Origin: Lingula anatina
Taxonomy: Eukaryota > Animalia > Brachiopoda
Reading direction: 5' to 3'
DNA: 64,000 nt
NCBI GenBank assembly: GCA_051362555.1
Contig: CM120640.1
Location: forward strand, 11,036,001-11,100,000
The translations under genes and the position numbers were made by a program. Under the pieces are notes generated by a model that made no database searches, was not told the DNA's origin, and was given only the letters and a program-made list of their open reading frames with translations. This document shows, one piece after another, positions 25,487 through 37,098 of this stretch; positions within the stretch are counted from its first letter, which is position 1, and every line of letters starts with the position of its first letter.

Positions 25487-28400
25487 TCATTCCTCTGTTA
25501 GGTACAGTCTGATTAAATGTTCTGTTTCTGCAGGGTAACCAGTCACTGGACAGCAGTGGTGGGTCTTTAGGTGGTGAAAAATGCAAGGGTAGCAGAACAC
25601 ATACCTGAAATAAAAGGAATGCAATATCAATAAAAAGCACGTATAGAATATTTTCATATTTTATTCTTTTTAAATTGCACTGCTAAGAGATGAGGTATGC
25701 TGGTATTTTTCAGCTTCGGAATGATACTGACTAGAAGAAAAAGAGAAAGCCAAATTGTACATTACAGACCTGTGCTTATATAATCACAATGTACTGTGAT
25801 GCCATTGAACTGTAGGACAAAAGGATCACCCAACGGAACTCGTTTAAAATGCCCCAAGTTACCATAAAATGATGCAAGATTTGGTGGAAAGAGGGCTTAA
25901 AAATTGTGCCAAATGGCAGTTATTCTGTGGAAAAAGCTGGACTTAATGGATTTTATGAAACTTTGTCGATTATTTGAATTAAAGAGTGGATGTGAATTAG
26001 CTGAAGTTGCAAACAGATTAAAAATATCTGCCATAGAGTAATGATTACAAATTATACTTCACATGGTAAAAGTGATATCCTTTTTTTTTTTTTTTTTGCT
26101 TCTTAAATTGGATTTCTCCAATACTTTTAGCATCACTATTTTAATTTAAGCAGAGAAGGATATGGCTTCTTATTGCTTAAAGAACATGCAAAACTGTTCT
26201 TGATTCAAAATATGAACTACTATCTTAAAAGGATAATATATACAACATTCAGATGAGTTTTACATAGATAAATTACTGACAAATTCTTTAAACTTGGCAT
26301 ACCCATTATTATCACATAAGAAAAGACAAAACCACCTTTAAATGGTTGCACCTGACATTTGTTTTGCACAAATCACATTTACAGCAAGGCAATGTTAAGA
26401 AATCGGCTATGACAACTTCAAACATCACATTTCCAATATAACAGATCAGAAATTGCTGTCTGAATTGATCAAGAGGTGGCTGTATTTCTCAAAGCACATG
26501 CCACCCTTACTAACTCATTGGGACCATGATTGGCACGAAATACCTACCCAGAAACTGCCAAGACAGTATCATTCCTTCTTGTTTGTTGGCACAATGGGCA
26601 AATACTTGGAAATACTGCAGTTGACTCAAAATCTGGAGTCTGAAATTGCAAGGTACACAATGCAATCAAAATAATATACATGCATTGTTTGTGTAGGTGG
26701 AAGCTGAGTTAAATATAAGGTACCTAAGTAACTAAAATGAGGAAAAGATAAAAAATATGCACCTTTGGTGGGGCTGGTCTTGGCAATGATGTCAATGAAG
26801 TTGGTGTTTGATCGCTGGCATACCACCATTCCACAAACTGCAGGAAGAATACTCCTACAGAAATCCCTTGTGTAAGAACAATTGCACAGCCTTGGAGAAG
26901 CTTGGTCATAGAGTATATTGCTTTATCTTTCATGCTGAAATAAAACATTTTTTTTTCAAGGAATGTTACAGAAAGGTACATGTATATGGTAAAAAAGAAT
27001 TATTTCACACAAATTACTTTTTAACTTGCAAACTAAGTTTATTATTTTCTTTAAAATATTCATATATATACAAAACAAATGCCAAACAGTTCATTTTAAT
27101 AAAGAATTTTTTTATTCACATTTAATGGGCATTTTCAGATATTATGCATCACAGATCTGGTAATTTGAAAGCAAATGGCATTTTACATAATAAAGAAAGA
27201 TCAAAAGAGAGTTACACAGGCAAGGTACAAAAACTGACACTGTACAAGCATAGAATGAAAAATAAAGAATAATATGTAGAAGCATCATCACAGGTAAGAA
27301 ACAGATGCAACAAATGTGTTGCAGTGCTGTAAACATTTCTTTACCTTAAAAGTTGAACTTCTTTTGGTTTATTTTCCCATGCTTTCAAGTCATCCTGCGT
27401 TATGTTTTGAAGAATCACCCCACACATATTTAGGAATGGTGAGTGAGTTGTAGATTTTCCAAACACATATAACATCTGGTAAGACAGCAAAATACCTTCC
27501 CAGCTCATATTCAGGAATGGATAGACGGCAAGGTACACCCTTATCAACTTGTTCCAGGCTGTCTGAAAAGTAAATAGGGAAACAAATGGCAAATTTTTCA
27601 TTGACTTAAGCTTAAAGGTTTCATAGGGAAATAATCTGCATAAAATAGGTTATGGAACAGCTTTTGACTTTAATCTAGATACCATTTTCGTTACGCCGAA
27701 TGCCAACTTCATCTTTATCATTAAAAACACCATCAAATTCTAAATCATTTGTCAAGTTTTGGTTATCCTGCTGAAGTTCATTGCAGTCTATAGCCACTAT
27801 AAGCTTCCTTGCATGATCATCAATTTGAATTATCTCTTTACAAACAATGAAGTGAAATATTGATTAAAGACTGTCTTTATTAGAAAAATGTAATATTTAG
27901 CTTATAAAAATTAGAGCTATCTTGCCATGTTTTAAACAGAAAAAGGTTTTTATTCTTAGCCTGTCTTATAGCTAATAAGTAAGGCATGAATAATTATTAT
28001 TAGTAGCCATTTACATTAAACCGAATATTTATATTTATATTTATGTGTGTGTGTGTATATATATATATATAACAGGAATGCATCCTTTTATATAAAAAGA
28101 CAAATTACATTACTGTGACATACAATTCAAACAACTGTACCATGAAAGGCTTATCTTACATTTGCTGTGTGAATGCCATCCACTGTTTCCTGTTTCCACC
28201 TCTCATATAATGCATCCAACTTTAATTTCATGTATGGAAGTATTGCCTGGGGGAAATATAAAATAACTTTGACACAAAGGTAAAATCAACCTTCTACAGT
28301 ATTATAGTGAAATGTGTGAATACAGTCACTGATAATTTTGATATAATAGATTTTATTATTATTATTATTATTAATTATTATTATTATTATTATGTTTAAT

Positions 28401-29304
28401 TTACTACCAGAAAAATTCTAACTTACTAAGAAAAAAAGTGACTTCCATTTTTCTTTGCCAGGTAGTCTAAATTTTTCTTTTGTTTCTCTGAGCACTGTTC
28501 TTTTCAACCCATAAAAATTTTCAGCAAATGAGGCACCTAAAATAGGAACTTTTCCATGTTTATGCACTTCAGTTGCATGATAATTCACATACACCTCTTT
28601 TGGATAAGATAACAAATTTCACTACAGAGACTTTTAAATCTAATAAAACATTGAAATAAACAAAAAATGAATGTTCCAAAACATACTATATCTTTTAAGA
28701 TGATACTGTTCAACAAGAAGCTGTAGTCCCAAGTATATCTCATCACAGTATTGGTGGAGCCAAGCTAATTGACCTGGGTTATTTTCTGCTAATATCTAGA
28801 AATTATAAGTAAAAGCCATTAGTTAAAAACTAAGACACAGCACAATATATGACTTAATAGTATTTTCTTTAGCTAATACCGCAGACATTACAAAGTATAA
28901 TCTGTAACATCATTTCCCATCTACACAGTATGCAACTAGTTTTATCAATCATACATATACACATACTTAAATTCAGTGCAATCAATTAAGTATGTAGCAA
29001 TAATTTAATTGAAAATAAAATAAAGCACGCTAAAGTTTCAAACAACTGTGTCAAAATGTGGTAAAATCAGAATACTACATGCAATTCATATATATGCATA
29101 CATGACTGATAATCATGTAAATTATTGGCAGTGTGCACATTATGGCAATAACGCAAAATCATATTAACTGTTAGTATTTACCCTAGCAGAATAAATAAGA
29201 GCAGGTCTGAGTGCAGACATCAAATTTTCTTGTGCCAAAACTTCGAATATTGACGGTTTGTCATCAGCAGCAGCTGATGTTAGATGTGCTGCGAATTCTG
29301 CCAT
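25487..29304 (-). CDS. PEX12: Peroxisome assembly protein 12 (RING peroxin)
   Basis: MAEFAAHLT...KPSIFEVLAQENLMSALRPAL (29304-29181), GASFAENFYGLKR (~28536-28425), SVGVFFLQFVEWWY..LPRPAPPK (~26934-26762), CPLCQQTRRNDTVLAVSG (~26640-26545), last exon YVCCYPCIFHHLKTHHCCPVTGYPAETEHLIRLY, TGA at 25489-25487. Confidence 0.96.
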
Positions 29305-30257
29305 CTTTAAATTAATGCCCACAGCAACTGCATCAAGTGGTATCGTACTTTCTACATGCAAAATACAACATTACTTATTTGTATACTCATTCGGTCAACC
29401 TGTCGGGGTTTTGCTAACATCGATTGTTATTTATTTTCCTTTTTCGAGATATCCCAGTAAAATTTTAATTGATTAAAAGGTTTAATTAGTTGATGCAGTA
29501 ACAGAAACGTTTTATTATTATTTAAAAAGTTTTGCATTTGTTTATTACTCTCAACAGATACTCTTGGAATCAATTTCTAACTACCTGTATCATACTGAGG
29601 TCAAGGTCAGTGGGCGAGAAACATCGCCATTTTGGACAACCGGTGGTTTTCACTTCCTTCTTTGTCGGTAAAAAAAGTAAGTAAATACACTGTCATTATG
29701 GATGTCAGATATGCATTTCCTTTTTGACTAACTATGGAAATAAAACTGTTATTATGATTTTGCTAGAATGATATTTTTGTTAGAAAATTACTTTGCTAAA
29801 GACATGCAGGTTTACGTGATTTCCGCTACACTGGCACAGCCGGCTACTTGCTAGTCTCTGCATTATGTAGCGTACGCATCCAGCACGTTTTTAGTTGGTA
29901 TCCAATTATAAGAAGATGCATGATTTGAAATAATAATAATAATAATAACGTGTTCTGATGCGAATCTTATTCTTAAACAGTGCTTGAACTCCTTTTTGTC
30001 TTGCTGCAGAGATAAAACTATAAATTGATGAAAATCCTTAAGAAGTACAATTGTTTTGCTTTCCCTTTACATCAATCTTTACACCATGGAATGTTCCATT
30101 ATTAGTTTTGTTAATGAGGCAAGGCAGGTAAGGCATCTTTACTGAGACACTCCTGACACGTATGTTTAGTGCCTTTCTTTGTTTTATATTATACTTATCT
30201 TCTCCTGTTAAACTTGTCAAAATGTTATGCTTTTGTATCATTTCAGAATTTGATAAA

Positions 30258-33200
30258 ATGACTGACTCAAAGTACTTTACAACCACCAAGAAAGGTAATA
30301 GCACAAAGCCTGGATATATAATCTAAATCACTTACTCAACTGTATAAAGTTTGCATTACATCTAAATTCTATTTCGTATAAAAATATCGGTCAGTCTTAA
30401 ATGAGATATGCTTGCGCATGCGTACTCAGTTAGCTTGTGACATGCGGCTGGGTAGTCAGCCTGAAAATAGATGCGATCTATTTCTATCAGAATTATAATC
30501 TAAAACAAACGTAGTTTGTTTGCTTAAGTTGGAAACATTTTTGCAACGGAGTTGCAATCTTTTATGCGGCATATATATTGATCTGTAACGTAGTTACACA
30601 TTGTAGGCTACGAATCATTTGTGTGCCAAACTTAATTTCAATATGGCGGCCGAAAGCACGTGTAGTGCTGTTTTACCGGGCCTTTCAAAACCCGCAATAG
30701 ATACATGTAAGAATAGCGAGGACGTTAAAGCAAAGAAAGTAAGAACTAGAACAGGAAAGGGGAAACTAGACGACAAAGCAAAATCTAGTCATAACAGTGA
30801 TGAATATTTAACTATAATGAAAAATATACAAGAAACTGTGCAGAGACAGGAAACGAGCATTAACAGCGTCGTGGGACGCATAGATACTTTAGAGAAACAG
30901 TACCTGTATCACGATGAATATTGTGAGGAGAATTATGACTTTGATGAACAGTATGATGAAAGATTGGAGGATGAAACATGCCCGGAGGCAGGTACTAGTA
31001 GCACAAACAGATTTGATGATATGACGAAGAGATATAAATTAATAGAGTATACAGACGTGGAAGTTGACAGTGTGTTGGCGAGTAGTGTCAATGATTTGTT
31101 CACCAATGGGATAGTAGATCATTCAAAGTATACAGAACTTACCAAAGATGAAAATAACTCACGGCCAAAAAACTGTGAAAGTTTGGTGATAGTCAAAACC
31201 AATAAAATGGTATGGAACATTATTCCTCAATATGCCAAAACAAATGATAAGAAGTTACAGGATGTTCAAATGTCAGTTGTAAAAGCAGCTACGTTGATGA
31301 CTAAAGGAATAGACAAACTGGCTAAGTTAGAAACAGGAAATGATACGAGTGAAGGGCTTGGAAAACTCATTGATATGTTCAATGACAGTATTGCTTTGCT
31401 TGGTCATGCCAATACACAGATTAACTGTTTTAGAAAGGATTTGTTAAAACCAAACCTCAAGCCAGAGTACAAACCTTTGTGCAATCATAACATTCCGTGC
31501 ACAACTTTTCTCTTTGGAGATGATATTACCAAATCTGCAAGGGAAGTGGAAGATTCTGCGAAAATGAGTTATAAAATGATGCAGAGTAGAATGGGCTTGG
31601 ATTATAGAAACCGCCCATACCAAAGGGGCCCACGATTCAGGGGACGAATGAGAGGAAGGTACAATCGTGGCCGAGGAAGTTCTTCCCAGAGGGGTGCACA
31701 TGCAGATTCAAAAAACTTCTCATGGCAAAGCAGCCAGTGGGATCAGAACAGATACTAGAGGTGAGACATAAATTTCAAGCTGGTAGATTGCATTTGTTTG
31801 TAGATGAATGGAGAAAATTGACCAGTGACCCATATATCTTGGATATAGTACAAAATTGTCATATAAATGTTGATACCAACATTGGATTTCAAAACTTAAA
31901 TGATATGGTGAAATATAGGTTTAACACAGAAGAAACAATTATAATCAGGAAAGAAATTTCTAAACTACTTGATCTTGGTGTTATTAAGAAAGTTCAAAGT
32001 GTACCGGGGCAGTTTTTATCTCCTATTTTTGTACGCCCTAAAAAGAATGGAGAATACAGAATGATATTAAATCTTAAGAAGCTGAATCAACACATTCCCT
32101 ATGAACATTTTAAAATGGACACTTTTGAAAAGGCATTGACCTTAGTGACAAAAGGATGCTTCCTAGCATCAATTGATATAAAGCATGCATATTATAATGT
32201 GAAAATAGCAGAAGAACAGCAAATTCTTTTTCGATTTGTTTGGGAAGGAAATATCTATCAATACACATGCCTTGCAAATGGCGTTTCTGAAGGGCCCAAA
32301 ATATTTACGAAATTATTAAAGCCTGTATATGCAAAATTGAGAAGTCTTGGCCATTCTAGTTCAGGATTTATTGATGACAGTTTATTGTGTTCAGATAATT
32401 ACCTTGAATGTGTTGAAAATATAAGATGCACAAAACATCTAATGGAAACACTTGGGTTTATAATCAATGCAGAAAAGTCTGTCCTTATTCCCCAACAATC
32501 ATTGTTGTTTTTGGGAAATATAATTGATTCTGAAAGTATGACGGTGACTTTACCTAAAGATAAAATGGATCACATTGTACAGCAGTGTAAAATGCTTATC
32601 ATTAAAACAGAAGCAAAAGTAAGACTAGTAGCTAAAGTGATTGGAATTATAGTTTCAACATTCTCAGCTGTTGAATATGGTAAACTCCATTATAGAGAAC
32701 TTGAAAAGCAGAAGATAAGTGCTTTAAAAAGCAACAATGGAAATTATGATGCTATGATGCACATTACAATTAGTATGAAGCAAGAATTACAATGGTGGAT
32801 GGAAAACGTCCACTTGCAAAGAAGGAAAATTGACAAAGGAAATGTTGACATTATATTGTATACTGATGCATCCAAATTAGGCTGGGGTGCTCATTTGGAG
32901 GGTCAAAAAATTGGTGGTAGATGGTTTCCAGAAGAAGCTAACCTTCATATAAATGCTTTAGAGTTACTAGCAATATTATATGCATTGCAGTCTTTTACAT
33001 TTAGATTTGAAAATAAACATGTAAAGATCATGAGTGATAATATTACAGCATGTGACTATATTCAGAATATGGGTGGAATTAAATCTTATGATTGCAATAA
33101 CATAGCAAAAAAGATTTGGCATTGGTGTATCGAGAAAAATGTTTGGCTCACCTGTGTCCATGTGCCAGGGAAAGATAATGTAGATGCTGATGATGCTTCT

Positions 33201-36200
33201 AGGAAGTTTAATGAACGTTTAGAATGGAAGTTGAATGAGAATGTATTTCAAAAGATATGTGAAAAATTTGGAAATCCATTTATTGATCTTTTTGCCTCTA
33301 GATTAAATGCGCAAGTTGAAAGATATTGTTCATGGCAGGCAGACCCCTTTGCTTGGGGTATTAATGCATTTACTTATGATTGGGGAACACTGAATTATGT
33401 TTATCTGTTTCCACCTTTCAGTTTGCTGGGTCATTGTATCCAGAAGATTCGCAAAGACAAAGCCAGGGGTATTATAGTGGCTCCTGTATGGCCAACACAG
33501 ATATGGTTTGCAAAGTTGATGGAATTACTTGTGGAAAACCCAATAGTCATTCAAAAGAAAAAAGGTCTGCTAACTTTACCAGGGAACAAGCTCCCAGTGG
33601 AACATCCTCTTATGGACAAGTTGAAACTCATTGTATGCAAAGTATCAGGGAACAGTTTAGAGAACGAGGCCTTTCTGAGCAATCAACCCACATACTTATG
33701 TCATCTTGGCGTACAGGAACAAAGAAACAATACAACGTGTTCATTAAACGCTGGTTCAAATACTGTGGTGAAAGGAAAATTAATTCAATTTCACCACATG
33801 TGGAAGAGGTGATAGAATTTCTTACAAAACAGTTTAATGATGGCTTAGCTTATGACAGTTTAAATACAGCAAGAGGTGCTATTTCATCAATGGGTATTCA
33901 AATTGATGGAGTTTCAGCAGGGAGTCATCCATTGGTGATAAGATATATGAAAGGCATTTATAATTTGAGGCCACCAAGACAACGTTATGCTCAAATTTGG
34001 GATGTTAATAAAGTTCTGGTTTTCTTAAGGAAACTTTCACCAGTAAAGCACTTGACTTTGAAGGATCTGACTTTAAAACTTACAATGCTCATGGCATTAA
34101 TTAATGCCACACGTGTACAAACATTGCATTTAATTTCTGTTGTTGATATGAAAAAGTTGAGTTCAGAGTTTGTGTTTCAGTTATGTGGTTTACTGAAGCA
34201 AAGTAGACCAGGTTGTAATTCATCACATATTGTGTTTAAAGCTTACCCTCCAGATAGGAGGTTGTGTGTTTATACTGTTTTAAAAGAGTATATAGCTCGT
34301 ACAAAGACATTGCGTAGGCATAATGTTGATAAAAATTTGCTTATAAGTTATATGAAACCTTATAAACCTGTTCAAAGAGATACGATTTCTAGATGGATCA
34401 AAGTTGTAATGACAAAATCGGGAATAGACACTACTTTATTTGGTGCTCACAGTGTGAGAGCTGCTGCTGTTTCAAAGGCAAAAATGAATTCTGTGCCAGT
34501 GACAGATATTTTGAACAAAGCTGGTTGGAGTACTGAAAAAACATTTGCAAAATTCTATGAGAAACAAATTGAGGATAAAGCTACCACATTTGAATATGGA
34601 GTTTTAAAAAGGAAGTAATGAGCATTTTCATATACTAGTATATACTGGCATGTATAGGTTTACATGAGTATCTGTTGATGATTTGTTGAAACTGTTCTAA
34701 ACGATATTTTAAGCTGAAATAAAGGCCATTGAATACTGGTTTATTGATGTTTGTCACATTTTACTTTAAAGTCTCATTTAAGACTGACCGATATTTTTAT
34801 ACGAAATAGAATTTAAAATTAAACGAGACTTACCTTGGTTAAGTCGATGTTTGATTGTAATTCTGTGAGTGTAAAAATGAGGGAGGGCTTAAATGCCACC
34901 CTCCCCACCCAGCTTACTCAGTAATATAATTCCAATGTAATCAGCTCACAGAGATATATATATATATATATATTTCATAATACTACTAATAGATAAATAA
35001 ATAAAAATGTTCTTTAAAAAAAATGTGAAAACATCAAGCTTTAAAGGCTGAGTACGCATGCGCAAGCATATCTCATTTAAGCCCTCCCTCATTTTTACAC
35101 TCACAGAATTACAATCAAACATCGACTTAACCAAGGTAAGTCTCGTTTAATTTTAAATTTTGTTAGCAGCTAAATCATAGTAAATGGTAGGTTGATAGAA
35201 TTCTTGTTGATTTTAACCAAATGTTAAAGAAAATATCATTTAAGATTGAAGAATTACTTTGGCCAAAGAAGCTTTTGATCACATTTTTCTTTTTTAAACA
35301 TAAAATTAAAAAAATTGACTGAATTTACTAAAGCAAAGGAAATGTAAGAGTGACACAGAGATAACTGTTTTTAGGTGAGATCTTTGAGCTGAAGGCTGAG
35401 CTGAACAGTGACAAAAAAGAAAAGAAGAAAGAGGCAGTAAAGAAAGTCATTGCCAGTATGACAGTAGGAAAAGATGTCAGGTAAGACTAAAAAGAGAAAC
35501 AGCTTTTACTTTGATATTATTTAAGGAAATATAAGTTTGGATGTTTGTTCACAATATTGTCTTGTCAACAATTGTATGTAGATACTTTAAAATCTTGCTT
35601 TTAAAATTTCTTGGGAGATTTTCATAGTGCATGTCTACTTTTTCCTTTTAAGTGCTCTATTCCCTGATGTAGTGAACTGCATGCAGACAGACAATCTGGA
35701 GCTGAAGAAGTTGGTCTACTTGTATTTGATGAACTATGCCAAGAGTCAACCAGATATGGCCATAATGGCTGTCAACACCTTTGTGAAGGTAAGTGCTTGT
35801 TTATTGTGCTGGTGTAAAGGAGTATTGTTTGTGAACAAAAAATTAGTTTGATTATTTTAAGAATATGTCATATTCCTGCCCTTTGCAGTTAGAGCAACAA
35901 ATTGCATAGACCTGTTGTAAATGACATCACAGCTGTCAGCCTTTTCTTGGGTATTGAGGATTGAATTATAAATGACTGGGTAATTGGGCAGTGGAATGTG
36001 GCTTATGATATTGCAGATTTTTAAAACTTGGTACAGGTGCTTTCACATATGACAGAGAAAGGGAAATTGGATTATTTTCTGTAAATAGCTGTTTAATGCT
36101 GATGTTGTTCTTGTTGGGGACTATTTGATTACACTTGTATGAATGAGATTTTCCCTGTTCTTGAAAAGTATAACCAGTTCTAGATATCTATCTGTGTATT

Positions 36201-37045
36201 TTCAGGATTGTGAAGACAGTAATCCCTTGATCCGTGCTCTAGCTGTTCGAACTATGGGCTGCATCAGAGTGGACAAGATAACAGAGTATCTGTGTGAGCC
36301 TTTGAGGAAGTGTCTGAAGGATGAAGACCCATATGTCCGAAAGACAGCAGCAGTGTGTGTGGCAAAGTTGCATGACATCAATGCTGCTCTAGTGGAGGAC
36401 CAAGGCTTTTTGGATCTGCTGAAGGATCTGCTGTCAGATTCCAATCCAATGGTAAAAAGATGGTTTTGTTTCATGTTTTATGTACGCCTTTAGTGCTGTC
36501 AGTATATAGAGCAGTACAATTTCATTTCTTTTATCTAGCAATACTGCCAATAGGTATTGCTAAAGTGTTGTTATTATTCTTCGAAGTACTTTAGCTGGCC
36601 ATTTTATTTCTGTTGCAGTTTCCTTTAGATTCCTAATTACACATTTTTTTATTTACAGCACAAGAAATGTTCTTTATCGATTATTTTCTTATTTCTAGGT
36701 TGTAGCTAATGCCATTGCTGCCATCTCTGAGATCCTGGAGACTTCACACAATGCTGCAGCAATCCTTGAAATGGATGGATCCACTGTCAACAAGCTGCTT
36801 ACTGCTCTAAATGAATGTACAGAGTGAGTATTCAGTGTTTTGAATAGACACTTCTTAAAAGTTACAAATTCTTTAAAAGTAAATGTTTTGGTGTCTTGAC
36901 TGTTGGAGGTAAATGTTTACTTTACTAGTTTTACTTTGCTCAAAGTTTTCTTTTTAAGGTGGGGCCAGGTGTTCATCTTAGATTCTATTGCTAACTACAC
37001 TCCTAAAGATGACAGAGAAGCTCAGAGGTAAGAGTGACCCCCCCC

Positions 37046-37098
<53 letters not shown>

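Larger units (their letters stand above)
30363..35159 (+). mobile_element. Full-length DIRS1-type tyrosine-recombinase retrotransposon in beta-adaptin intron
   Basis: Three overlapping intact ORFs. ITR core CTTAAATGAGATATGCTTGCGCATGCGTACTCAG (~30396-30429) is inverted at ~35048-35081. Internal complementary region 34772-34895 matches both termini. TAAATT is present at both junctions. Confidence 0.97.

Noticed and set aside
33240-33520. DIRS methyltransferase domain as a prokaryotic restriction-modification or retron system
   Set aside because: An MT-like domain after RNase H is an established DIRS1 feature; ITR/ICR structure confirms DIRS.
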